From Intoshia linei (taxonomy: Eukaryota; Animalia; Orthonectida), in NCBI GenBank assembly GCA_001642005.1, contig LWCA01000302.1:1-32998 (forward strand): a DNA stretch of 32,998 nucleotides, given 5' to 3'. The number at the start of each line of letters is the position of its first letter. Position 1 is the first letter of the stretch. The notes beneath the pieces are model-generated. The model searched no databases. It saw only the letters and a program-made list of their open reading frames with translations, and was not told the origin of the DNA. Of the stretch, positions 1-12,799 are shown piece after piece. Both the position numbers and the translations under genes were made by a program.

Positions 1-429
1 ATCGAATTTTTAGTGCTATAAAATGTCGACTCTAGTGATGATATATATTCAGTATCACTTTAATAAAGGCAGTCTATTTATTAGCCATCAAATAAAATGC
101 GCTAACATCAAATTGTAAATTCTATCATCAAATAAATACGATAGCAGTTAAAAGAAAGTAATTAGACAATACTTTCATTTAATTTGAAGGCAATTTATTA
201 CGTCTAGCAACAATACATATATTTGTGCTCAAATTAAATGTTATACCATCAGTAAAGTTAATTTATCAAATAATAACATTTAAAGTCAAATTAATTTTAA
301 TTAACAAAGATTAAAAATTAATATTCATTAATAAATTTGAATTTGAACAATATCAAAAGAAAATGGTCCGTTTCACTGAACATAAAAGTGTATTGCTCAT
401 TGTTGAGTCATATAATTTGAAATTGAAAT

Positions 430-699
430 ATTGGAAACAAATGAAAATATATTTGATGGATATATGGAAAAATGTTCCAAGAATATGAAGTATGTTATAA
501 AAATCAGGAATAGAAGCTATCAACGTGTACTTGTCGATTCTTTTTAAAAAATTTTAAATGTAAACACTTAATATTGGTAGCAATGCATTTAAATTTATTG
601 AAAAATAATGATTTATTGGTTGAATCAAAATCAATTTTTGTCGGAGAGAAAAAAAGAGGACGTCCCAAAGGAGTCACAAGGGCTTTAATTGTAGATTAA
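430..699 (+). mobile_element. Mutator/MULE transposase 3' remnant (SWIM zinc finger plus AT-hook tail)
   Basis: TCTCRFFLKNFKCKHLI (SWIM CxC..CxH, first Cys at 526), then KKRGRPKGVTRALIVD* (TAA 697-699). Upstream part is interrupted by a stop/frameshift. Confidence 0.7.
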
Positions 700-1189
700 A
701 TAAACATTAATCAGTAGTAAATTTACTGTTTTCCTCATCTTATTTATATATAATTTGATACTACACATGCGATTTAATTTGATATTTATTGTAATTATTT
801 GACTGTTCAATCAACTATTTTAATTTAAATTCAATTCAATTTCATTTTCTTAAAAATATCTTTATTTTGACTTGTCTGAATTTTAACGTCATTTAATAAA
901 TACTTAAAAATACCATCTGTGTATAAATAATTAATTGAATCTTCATTTTATAAATATTTCAGTCGAATTTTACCATTATTGCAAAAGATTGTAATATAAA
1001 AATGATTGATGTTAAAAATTTGTCCACACTTTTGGCCTTTTTTCTTGTGAATGTTACTTTTCTTTTTACCATTATATGTTACATTTGTAACAATTATCAA
1101 TAAAAAATAACGTTTTGGTTAATATAAATTTAATTTTATAAATTCGTTGTTGTTGTGTTAAAATTTGAAGATTATAAAAAATGTTTGGA

Positions 1190-1840
1190 TTATTGCATAT
1201 ATCATTATTTAATTTTTTGTTTTAATAAAATATTTCGAAAAAAAAATATATGAATACTAAAATGCTTATTTGACCGTGAAGTCGTCACTTATTCGGATTG
1301 AAATTTTTTATGTGTGTTAACATGATACAACTGTACCTACCTGTAAATTTTTTGAAATTCTAGGGCTGTTTTCATAAAAAAAGAAGGGTAATGTTCTAGG
1401 GCTGTTTTAAAAAAAAAGGAATGGAATTTGGGGTTTTGGCCATGAAGATAAAATTTTTTTAAATTTAAATTTATGATAATGTTTATGATTTTAAAATCCG
1501 CATCAGCGTATATATTTTTTTAAATTCTCGAACTCGTTTGATTTTCAAAAAAAAGACAATTGGGATATATATTTTTTTAAATTCTCCAACTCGTTTGATT
1601 TTCAAAAAGAGGGACAATTTTTTAAATGCTCCAATTCGTTTAATTTTCAAAAAGAGGGACAACAGGGGTTTTTGACTCTTAAAATGTGAAATTGGGAGGT
1701 TGAAATATATTAATATACGTCCCGAAAAAAACTGTAATTGAAATGTGGTCTTAAAAAAATTCTAAGACGGGTAGTTATTTAAATAAAGCGGAACACACAC
1801 AGATAAACAAATATCGCGTCGCATTTTATACAAGTTAGGA
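1190..1840 (-). mobile_element. Non-autonomous Helitron (Lep1-like) copy with 5' TC terminus at 1840
   Basis: Minus strand starts A|TCCTAACTTGTATAAAATGCG..GTTTATCTGTGTGTG. Body is shared with 3521-3640, 12454-12780, 16290-16735 and 24240-24862. Contains three internal copies of AATTCTC(G/C)AACTCGTTTGATTTTCAAAAA-like units (about 1523-1655). Confidence 0.7.
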
Positions 1841-2036
1841 TATAAATGTATTATAATACAAAGACGTACTTGCATTTTTTAATTTTACATTACGGTTTGT
1901 TCTTATCACAGCTTATTAAAATAGTGATTAAAAATTTTATTGTTATATTTTATGCCTATTATCAATTATTAGAATGTATTTAAACCAATAAATCATTATA
2001 TATTTAAATCAAAATTATTTATAAATTAAATTTAAA

Positions 2037-2230
2037 ATGGAAAACAAGCAAAATAAAATGTTTAATCAAATTTTGGATAAGATCGATGAAAACAATTATA
2101 AAGAATACATATTTATCAATCCTCCGGATGCTCACGACTTAACCGAAGAAGATTCGGCGGAAACAGAAAATAAAAAAAAAAATTTTCCATCAGTTTTGAG
2201 TGGTAACCAGTTGCGTGCTCCATCTGAAAA
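2037..2230 (+). mobile_element. piggyBac (PGBD-like) transposase N-terminal remnant
   Basis: IFINPPDAHDLTEEDS..LSGNQLRAPSE resembles the acidic piggyBac N-terminal pattern I(F/Y)IEPP..TDEDS..NLSGNQLRAPAE. No DDD core follows. Confidence 0.6.
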
Positions 2231-3045
2231 AAGACACATTGTGAATGACTCAGATTGTCAAAAAAATGTGGAATTTCATTTAGGAATAATTCCATCACAA
2301 TCTTGTACAATTTTTAGTTAATTGTTACTTCAATTATTTGCAATTTGCTCATACCTTTTATGGATGTAGCACCCCAGACCATCACTTTCGCTGGAAATTT
2401 TACAGTTTGTCTTACACAATTTGATCTTGAGGATTCACTGGATTTTCTCCAAACTCGAGTTGATCGATCACACATGACAGTTATCATTGATTCACCTGAG
2501 AATATAACCTAAAAAATAATATATTTCCTCCAAATTATTAATTAATATTAATTCATTAATTTAAATATAATTATATTTTTGTTAATATTGAAAGCACTAA
2601 CCTTACTCCAATTGTTCTCTTTCCAATTTTGATGTAACTTTGCTTATTCCATCCTTGATTTTTTCATTCGTGTAGAAAGGACGGGTTTTCGAATTTTTTT
2701 GTATGATTTTTATCCTGCATTTACAAGTCTATGGTTCACTGTTCTTCTTGATAAATTAATATTTTTGGTTTTAATTTTAGATACGATTTCATGGCAGCTG
2801 GAATTTCTGTTTTTCAGTGCGGTTCTAATAATAATTCTATCAGTTTTTTTATCTGTCCCATTTTTCCTGTTACAGTTTTTTTTTTTAAAATACATCCAAT
2901 CCGTCTGTTTTACTTTTTTTAGTATGAATACATATGATTGCGATACACCAATTCTTTCAGAAATTTTTTTGACTTGAATTAGTATTTTCAATTAAACCAA
3001 TTATAATAGATTTTTTTCAGAAGAAATGTCCTGTTTTTTCCCCAT
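2210..3045 (-). mobile_element. Tc1-like transposase pseudogene with a 93-nt intron (2509-2601)
   Basis: Reads MGKKQDISSEKK..ISERIGVSQSYV (HTH)..SRRTVNHRLVNAG..RKPVLS..WSK | VIFS(G)ES..VWRK..TVKFPAKVMVWGA..(Q)DGA, with several stops and frameshifts; truncated after the second catalytic Asp. Confidence 0.8.
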
Positions 3046-3170
3046 AACAGATGAAGAAATTTCACAAAAACAATAAACGTGCAGAACTATAACAATGATA
3101 GCATGTATATTAAAACGATATTAGCATCGATTACGTGAACAACACAGTTCATATTTTTGTCTTTCTATAG

Positions 3171-3240
3171 CAGGGGTGTCAATTATGCAGCCCTCGGGCC
3201 ATTTGCTGTCCCAATTATGGAATGTGCGGCCCGCGTTATT
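3171..3240 (+). mobile_element. hAT-type MITE left end
   Basis: CAGGGGTGTCAA..GCCCTCGGGCC..GCGGCCCGCG, a typical hAT (Charlie/Buster-like) terminus. Partner end not identified. Confidence 0.5.
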
Positions 3241-3520
3241 ATATAAATTTTTATGTTTTATAACAATTTTATACACATATTTATTATTTTACAGTTTTTT
3301 CATATATTTTTCATGATTTATTTATTCATTATCACAATTTTTGTAGTTATTCCATTTTTATTGTTTCATTTTTATTTTATGAATTAAAGATATTATAAAT
3401 TAATTAAATTTGTTAGTTTAAAGCTTTGATGAAAATAAATAATTTAATATTTAGTAGTATGTACATTAAATATGTGTATATTAAATATTTAAATAAGTGA
3501 CAATTATATTATAATGAAAA

Positions 3521-3640
3521 TCCTTACTTATATAATGATTTTTTTGTCTGTGTTATTGTTTATTTCAATAACTACTTGTCATAGAATTTTATAAAGTCCA
3601 CATTTCTATTACAGTTTTTTCCGGGTGTTATCAAGATATT
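3521..3640 (+). mobile_element. Helitron 5' fragment just downstream of the SV2 stop
   Basis: A|TCCTTACTTATATAATG..TATTTCAATAACTAC..AGAATTTTATAAAGTCCACATTTC, the reverse complement of the end of the 24240-24862 copy. Confidence 0.65.
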
Positions 3641-3850
3641 AGTAAAATATATTGCAAAATAGAAATTTACATTTCCCAATTTGAAGTTTCTATTTTGGTA
3701 AGTATAATTATAATCAATATTATATTTATTATTATATGTGTTTATCATTTTTAAAACAATGAGGTTCAAACTCGATAAAACGGATAAATTTAACATTACA
3801 CAACAATTTCACATTTATTTTAAATTTATAATTTCCAAACTTGAGCAAAT

Positions 3851-6800
3851 TCAAATTATATTTTTTTTGCTGTCATCAAGTTGAGTAGATAATAAACTAC
3901 CAAAAATTAATGCAGTAGCACAAATAATCACAACGGTCATTCTGGTATAATTAATTAATTGAGAAAATATGAGATTGGCAAGTATAGCAGATAATCTCCC
4001 AAATGAACTAGTTAATCCAAAACCGGATGATCTATAAATAAAATAAATTAAAAGAAATTTGAATTTGAATTTAAATAATTATTTTGATAAATGCTACTTA
4101 ACTGGCAGCCCATTCTTAATATGCAATTAAAAATGAAAAATAAACCTTAAATTTGTTGGAAAAGTTTCAACAGTGACCAAATCAATAGTGTTATATGCAC
4201 CAACAATTAAAAAGTTAAAAATTGCATTTATTGTCGCTGTAGCGGTTGAAGTATTTGCGGCCCACAACAAAACAGTGCTAATTCCTGAAGTAGCCAAAGA
4301 CACACCTAAAATTGGCATAAATTGTTGAAAATTTAAAAAACCTATAATTTTTGATCTTGGACTAACTTCTAAAACAAACGCACAAACAATACAACCAAAA
4401 AGTTGTGTAATTTGACCTACAAGACTTTGAAAGAAGATTGAATGGGAATCAAAATATTCAAAATCAATGTTACAATAAGTATAATCGATAGAATCAAATC
4501 CGACAATGATAATGTTTGGATCATCGCTAGAATTATTAACCATGTGTTCATATTTTTGAGAGAGTGCATTATAATCTTTAGTAAACGTTGAATTTTTTTG
4601 ATTTTCATAATTTTGATATTGATTTAAAAATCTCAGCAAGACTTTGAGAGATTTCATATCAGGTTCAATATTTGTAAAATTTTTGTCATTTTTGGTGGTT
4701 GATAAATCAATAAGATTCTTATTTTGAAAAGTTGGATAAGCACTTATATTTTTATGATTTAATACGTTAAAATTTGTCGAATTTGAATAATTTTGGGATA
4801 TAGAATATATAATGTCGTTTATTTTTTCTTTCAAGTCTGAGTCCATTGATTCCGTTTTAATGTTATTGTCAATAAATCTTTTTGAAAGGGTATGGTTTTG
4901 GACAATGTAATTTCCAGTAAAATAAATTGAATTATTTGAATTTTTAAAATTGGAATTTTTAATATTAATATTCATCAATTCAAAATTATTCACCAATTTA
5001 TAGGAATAAAAGTCAGTGTTTTTAAATGTCGTGTTATAGAATGTTGAATTTATTAAATATGATTTATAGCTGGTTATATTTTCAAAATTACATCCCAGAA
5101 ATGTACATCTAAAGTAGAATTTTTTTTTTAATTTTTCATGTACCTCTCAAATAATATGTGATCCATCATTAGGTTATGGAAATTTATTTTCATTAGATAA
5201 GAATCTCTTATAATTGTATTGTTGAATGAACCAGTTATATTTTTTAAATATATGTATTCATTGTTTATCAAGGTTAAGTTTCTAGTCAAGGAGGAGTATT
5301 GTGTCAGTTTTAACCATTCTGGGAACCAAATGTTCATTCCATAATATCTAATTTGATATAGTTAATGTATATTATATATATACTTTTCCATACAGTGCAT
5401 AGAAAAATTTTTTTTTAAAATTAATAGTTACCAAAAATGAGACGTAAGGTTATTTTTTTAATTTGTATAGGTTATTCAAAGACTTGCCCTAATGATAATT
5501 CAAGCACATGCCCGCTTTTTTTCGTCAAAATATTAATTTTGGACTGGATATAACTTATCTTATATATAAAAATTGAAACTAAAGAAAATTTTTAAACTTT
5601 GAAAAAAGTGGTCAACTTTTCACAGTTGTTAAAGTCCGCTTTTTCTGCTATAATTAAGTGGTCCGCTTAATCTGTCGATACTATATGTTAAATATTTATA
5701 TGCTAATTAAAGTAATTATTTATACGTTATAATATTGTATTATTATTTTAAAATTACCCGAAACAAGTACTGCACCATATACCAATAATTATGATAGTTT
5801 TTCTTAATAATGGTTTTTCTAAAATTTGGCGAAATTGATTTAGAAACTAAATTAATATTATATTATAAAAAAATTCGCGTAGAATATTATATAAGTTAGG
5901 ACTAGCTATAGTTACATAGCTTTAGTAAAAAAATCATCTACTAACGGTACAAATTAACAAATTATTCACTAACGAATTATCTACTAACGATGCTTTACTG
6001 CACTGCATATGAAGTAAGAACACACATAGTGTTAATGTATTATTTATTATTTAAAGGCTAAATTACAGAAGAAATTAAAAGCCAATACATCTTAGATTGT
6101 TTACTTAAATAATTAACTCTGGCACCGGCTTTTGTGATATTAATATTCGTATATATTATCTATTGCACAAGCTTTTGCGATTTCATAATTTATTCATATT
6201 ATCCATCCCACGAGTACGTGCGATGGATCCTCAAAGAGTTAAATCTCGATATTTTCCAATAATAGATGTCTGAAGGGCTATTAATTATAATTATAATGAA
6301 TGCGATTTTGTGCGTTAATTTAAAATGGCAAATTAATAGGATCTGATGGATGGATAGGGCTATATAACCCTCTCAATCCTTGAGCAAACTTTTTTAATGA
6401 CCTATTTTTCATTATCGGGCAGTCTCGAGATTGGTAGGCTCGGCTCTCGATAAGATCATACAAAAAATTTATACATATTTATTATAATGAATAGTTTTTT
6501 TTAGTGATTACACAATTCTTTACAAAAATGCTAACCAAATAAAATTAACTGGGAATAATTCATTTTAAATAAATTAAAAGGTAATGTGAAATTCAAGTTT
6601 AGGAACCACTCCTTTATAGGATTGATAATTTAAATTAAGATTTTATAATTGAATTTATTTTTTTGGTATTATTAAAAAAGTTCACCCTTTAAAGAGTTAA
6701 GATGCTCTTTGTACGGCGTACATAATAGTCAAGTTAGTTTATAATATAATTTTCATTAATATTAAATATAGACTGCGAAAATATATCACAATGAATTTAA

Positions 6801-9800
6801 TCAAAAAAAAATTGGTTATTTATTGAGTAAATTTTTAAATACATATTATACGACGTAGTGGAAATTCTTTTCAAGTGAATGTTGAAAAAATATATTGCTA
6901 AAAAGGGGCGGTAGACAAAATGAGTTTGGGGAACCACTAGTGTATACTATACACTAAGGCGAACATAATTTTCACATGATAAGTGGTAATATTCACATTT
7001 TTTTGGTGTCAGTTAAAATTACTAAATATAGTGAATCATTCAATATATTCGCCGAAATTAAGTATTTTTGGCTAATAATACATTGTTTTAATTCAGGCAT
7101 TCTCAACCATTTTTCGCTGTAGACCCCTTTTATGATATTACAAAAAACGTGTGGACCCCCAAAAAAATTAATAATTATGACAATTTTTAATGAATTATTA
7201 CATTTTGGTGAAACGAATGATGGTCAAAAGACGTGGAGAACTCTATTTTTGCGAGATGATTAACTTAATGAACTATTAATATTAAACTTTAATCCGTCAA
7301 TGTTTCCAAAATGAAACATTTTTTTCAGCTATTGTTTATAGTACATTATTAATTGTTTACTACATATTTTATCAGATCAATAAAAAGTCTACATTATCTA
7401 TTTTCCCTGTAAAAAATTAATATTTTATATCCCTTGGTTGATGTTTCATAGAATCATAAATATTGACTGATTTTTTGTCCTATTTTCAATTTGAAATTTA
7501 AAGCTTTTTTAAAATTAGAAACTTGGCTTGGTCATAAATTTTAATAAAATAATTAAATAAAACCTCTGCTCCTAAAATAGAATAATGGAGGTTTCCCAAT
7601 AAGTTTTTACACTTGTAAGTAATTTAATACCAAAGAATTTACTTTTACATGATTTGCACGTTTTATATTGATATTTCTGAGCCTTTATGTTTTAAAAACG
7701 ACTTTATGTTACTGAAAATGTCTATAATATGTAATAAATGTAGATAATTTTAATGAAGCACAAGGCGTCCACATGAACCCCATTGAGAATAAGTGGTTTA
7801 ATATATTTTATGTTTCAACTAACTGTTCTTAGTTAAACATTAATAATGTAATTGAATAACAATTAATCAATAAAACTAAATTAATGGAAAAATTACCAAA
7901 TTAATATTTAATATTATCCATTCTTTGGTATTGTTTGTTTTAATACTTTTTTTATTCATATGATTCCCATATTTTAATAAATTTACAATTGGAACCTTAA
8001 AATTAAATATAATGTACATGTACAATGAGAATTTAAGAAAAATACGGAATTGGTAATATCTCCAATATTTCCAGATGTTTTGTACATTTTGTTATATATA
8101 TTCAAAGCTTGAACATCATCTCCAAGCTGTACATAATATAAATTATATTATTATGTATTCCTATAATAATTCAGAGGTTACCAATCTTTATTAGAGTGAT
8201 TGTAAAAAAATTTTCAGCACCACCCCTTCAAAAAAATAAAAAAGTTATTATGAAATAATAATTCTAGGCACTCCAAAATAAAGTTCTCGAAAACATCGAG
8301 TGACGCTTTACCGATAATAGTGAACAATGGTGAACACTGCTTAAGCGACGTTACCCAATGTTTAAAAAACGACGGATATTGTATGATTTTTCAATACTTT
8401 AGAATAATAGTAGTCAACTGGGTGCAGGGTTAAATCGTTCTTGAGAGGTCCTTATAACATAACTATTTACTTAAAATATAAATAATACAATTCTTTATAA
8501 GTCAATAAAGTAAAAAAGTTTTCCATAGACTTAACTATGTTTCAAACTTAAAAAAGTATATCTAAACGAGAAATTATCTAAAAAAGTTGGGAACCACTAA
8601 TTAAAAATTTTAAACATTATCAGAATAAAATTACCTGCAGCAGCAATCGCGGACTTTCTGGTATAAACAATATTGTTGAAATTGCAAATATTGATGGAAT
8701 AATACAAGCTATAAGAAAAATACGCCAACTACTCATCATGTAATTATAGTAATTTCCAAATACATAAATATTAATATCTAAAAAAGTGTTATATAATTAT
8801 AATAATATGTAATATATATATTATAATATAGTTTGCAAATACACAATCATATTATCATAACACAATATCAATTATTATGTAAATTTGAGCAGAAGTGGGC
8901 AACCTTATGATGATAGATTCTGATAATTTGGCGGATCGACACTTTAAACATTTACTACCTATTGCAATGGGTACAATTACAATGCATTGTTAGTATTTAA
9001 TAAAATGAAAGTGAATTGAATTTGAATATTGTGAGTAATATCAAAATAAGTACTATAATATGGATAATGTAGTAAAAAGAGAATTGAAAACACTTTTATG
9101 TACTAAAGCTCCAATTCGTTTCATAACGTGAAACATCTTAATAATATTTACATTATGTTTACATTAGGCTGATATATTTTCATTATATATTATTATACAT
9201 ATAAATTGTTAAAGTATCGAATCGAATTATTACGTTTTTGAGGTATAATGATATATGCAATGGATGAAATATATACTCCACCAATTGCCCAAAACAACAA
9301 TAATAAGCCAACCTTTAAACCTCTGTGTTTAGATGTCGTCATTTCAATGAAATAGGAATACGATATTGGTATTGAACCACCAATTCTATTAAAATATTCA
9401 ATTATAATAATAAATTTAAATTAATGGTGCAATGTACTATTATCACTTAGTGGATCATCCACTATTCGCCAACAATTTTTTAAAATAAATCAAAAAATTT
9501 TTTCATGCCCACAAAACCACAAAAACATAAAAATTTTTAATAAAATAAAATTTCTAAAATATGTATATTGTACATTTGTATTTGCTAATAATAAGATCCA
9601 ATTTTTAGAATTCAATAGAAAGCATGTTAAAGTATGACGAATTAGAAAATATCCAACCCTATAACTGCCGAAAAATATATTAAATACTGTTTTCAGTATT
9701 AAAAATAATAACATTTATTTATATGGTGATATATGCTTAATTGGTAAGAGTTTCCTTGTAACTAGTTGCCATTATTTGACAAATCAGGTTATTCGCCAAA

Positions 9801-11819
9801 AATTTTAAATTCCGATTTTGGCAAATAGTGGAAGCTTCATTGTATATAGTATATTTTACAATGGTAATACATTAGGGCTTTTTTACAAAAATTGATTTTT
9901 GTTGAAAATACCCTATACCACGCTGAAGAGGGTACTTAAAAATCCCTAAAAAATATATTTTTAAAAAAATTAACCGTATAAACATTAAGCGGTTTTCCTT
10001 ATTAAGGTTTTCGCGCGCTTTTTCCCCGTTTTCTTAATTGGCGCCAAGGATTATATTTTAAACATGGATACGATTAATGTACGACCCACTAAGACATATA
10101 CCAAATTTGGAAAGAAAAAATGAAATATTTAACCTCACAGGGCGTTTTTTCCATAAAAAAGGATTTTTATAATATTGGTCAAATATAAAAATTCCAAAAT
10201 TTATAAATACCAAAAATTTATTTTAAATGTGAAAATTTGAGTGTGTCATATGAAATTCACTAAATGTTTAAAAATAAACATCACCTATTTTAATTATTAT
10301 TATTGTATTTTAGTAACTGAATTCCGTGTATTAGTAATTACTATTTTAAAGTTATTAATTGAATTTCGCTTAATGTTTTTTTGAGAATTGAGAATTTTTA
10401 ATAACGGCATATTATTTTTCACATATCAAAGCATACTCTCTGCTCATGTGCTAATTTTTTTTTTTTGAACAGCCCTAATATACATACATTGTATTTGACA
10501 TGTACATAACAATTATACATTAACACTGTCAATATTTTAAATATACCCAATTCCAGTGAGAAATCTTAGAAAAACAAATGTATTATAATCTTTTACAAAA
10601 GCAGCAATTACTGAAAATATCAGACTTGTCGTAATGCTTAACAATAATACATTCTTTCTCCCTTTTCTATCTGATAATGGTGTCCAAAATAATCCTCCCA
10701 ATAGCATTCCAGCAAACCCGGAAACAGCTATTAATATGATATATATAAAATTTATGTAGTATGATTAATACTCATTTACAGGTAAAATTGTATTTATATT
10801 CTAAAAATATAAAAGTCAACGAATATTTTTTATTTGTAGCTATATATTTAAAAAACCAAAATTTAATAATAGTTTTTTCCTGTGATTGTTTTAACATCAA
10901 TTTTTCAAATTATTATAAATTTTATTTAAAAAATGATTTAGAATTTAATTTAAATGTATATTATAATAATTTTAATGTATAATAAGAATTCAAAAATTTG
11001 ATTTAATTTAATTCACTTTACTGGAAAACTTACATTTCAAATTTCTTTATTTTACATTATAGCATACCATAATCATTAATAATACGACAATAATTATTGA
11101 TTATAATCAATAAAAATAAAATAGGATTAAAATGTAATACAAAAGAAATTTATAATGTATGGTTATCAAAATTGATGAAAATCTATAAAATGTACAATGT
11201 GCAAAAAAAATAATACTAATTTTGACATAATTAATTCATAAAAAAGTAAGTTAATTAGATAAGTAAAGTATAAATTAGATGAAACGAAAAATTAAATCCT
11301 CATGGACTACATTAGTATACATTTCATATTTAAATAGAAATCTAATCTAATCTATAAAAATTGACTATAAATATATGTTACATATTTGTCTTACATGTAT
11401 AAAATTAATTAAATGATCTAAATAAATCGATTCAGTAAAAATAAACCCAATCCTCCTTTTACTGATTCAGTCATACAAAGTTCTTGTTCTGCCGAAGGGA
11501 CAATAAATGAAATGAGAAAAATTTCAACACTTTCACTAATTAAAACAAGTCCTATAGCTATAAAAATGAAACAATGCAGTCGTCCAAATCCAATAGCAGA
11601 CAATGCTCGTTCATTGACAGTAGATAGAACTTCATTAAAACTTATTTCATCATTGAATCCATCTGTAGTGAATGGATGCTGATTGTTGGGATTGGCATTT
11701 GGAATAGCTCCATAAGTGTTTTTGTCTGAATTTTTATCTGTAATTGGTTGACCAGCGTATTGTGAGTTTGATGCAACTGTAAGTAGTTGAGTTTCACTAG
11801 AATTTCGTTTTTTAAACAT
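3851..11819 (-). CDS. SV2: Synaptic vesicle glycoprotein 2-like MFS transporter, 11 exons: 11819-11447, 10727-10547, 9385-9234, 8777-8635, 8126-8046, 7995-7897, 5846-5758, 5347-5144, 5108-4342, 4305-4146, 4031-3851 (~809 aa)
   Basis: All junctions are GT-AG and phase-compatible. Motifs: GFGRLH..ESVEIF..PSAEQELC, LSDRKGRK (MFS motif A), RFLTGIGIGGSIP, SWRIFL..PESPR, FGYYGMNIWFPE, pentapeptide-type luminal repeats (FHNLMMDHILFERCTFLGCKFENITS..FYNTTFKNTDF), VETFPTNLRSSGFG, and C-terminal LDDSKKNII*. SV2A/B/C paralogue not assignable. Confidence 0.9.
6122..6228. repeat. Degenerate ~43-nt tandem repeat (about 2.5 units)
   Basis: gcaccggcttttgtgat..atattatctatt / gcacaagcttttgcgat..atattatccatc / ccacgagtacgtgcgat. 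Confidence 0.45.
7094..7795. mobile_element. hAT-type non-autonomous element in SV2 intron 6
   Basis: Left end CAGGCATTCTCAAC, right end reverse complement CACTTATTCTCAAT; imperfect 8-bp flanks ttttaatt/gtttaata; subterminal GACCCC motifs. Confidence 0.5.
9873..10477. mobile_element. MITE with TAGGGCT terminal inverted repeats (hAT-like) in SV2 intron 2
   Basis: TAGGGCTTTTTTACAAAAA ... TTTTTTGAACAGCCCTA; flanks taatacat/atatacat resemble an 8-bp TSD. Confidence 0.5.
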
Positions 11820-12453
11820 TTTTTACGCTATTCCAATTTTACTCAAATATATGAAATTACGCAAATTTTTATATTTGAAATTTTATTATATTAGTATTAT
11901 ATTGATTCCAATCAAATCGATTTTATATTTTCCATTGGTAATAATCGCTACATTTCTACATAAATGTCAGTGTAGTTGTATATGCGTTTGTATTATTTAA
12001 ATATTATTAATCAAATTCATTGCGTATACTTATTATTATTATTATTATTATCTATATTGTTTCATCACAAATCGTGACATTGTATTTTAAAGTTAAAATT
12101 TGAATCTATTTGGAGGATTAAGATGTATATCTACATCTATATATGTATGTTGTTAAACAACGTTATTGATTAAAAAATTTTTTAATGTACTTGTAATATT
12201 TTGACTGTTATGTATTTCGTTCTAACATCAGCTAATTCAACCAAGGGTCGACTTTTTAATTTATTAAACAATGAAATTATACCTATAACTCTAGAACATT
12301 GTCATAAAAAACATGAATCCCAGAAAATATAAAATTTTAAATACCTGTAGTACATATGTTTCTTATATGATTCATTTCGGATGAAAGAGTGGCTCCCAAA
12401 CTTATTTCATCATGAAACGCTCATTTCAAATCAAATTAAATATATATAGACTA

Positions 12454-12780
12454 CTAGCTTGGCTGTTATGTACTTCGTACAACCAGCATACTAGCACTGA
12501 CTATGGCGAATAATACTAATAATACTAATACTGCTTTTTTGACTGTTAAGGCGTAACTTATTCAGATTTAAATTTTATGTGTATGTCAACAGGATAATAC
12601 TGTACCACCTGTAATTTTTTTTAAATTCTAGGGATGTTTTCATTAAAAAAAAGGGTAATGTAGGGTTTTGGCCCTGAAGATATATTTTTGTTTAAATTTA
12701 TGATAATATTTATGATTTTAAAATCCGTATCAGAGTGTATATTTTTTTAAGTTTTTGAACTCGTTTGATTTTCAAAAAAT
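12454..12780 (-). mobile_element. Helitron copy with intact 3' end (hairpin plus CTAG|T)
   Basis: Minus strand ends GCTGGTTGTAC-GAA-GTACATAACAGC-CAAGCTAG|T. Body matches 1260-1550 and 24465-24680. Related solo 3' ends occur near 12200-12235, 15065-15100 and 31254-31295. Confidence 0.7.
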
Positions 12781-12799
12781 ATTGATGTAGAATAAAATA

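Noticed and set aside
1505-1660. Three ~30-nt repeats with short spacers as a CRISPR array
   Set aside because: They are degenerate internal repeats of the Helitron, present singly in other copies; eukaryotic context and no cas genes.
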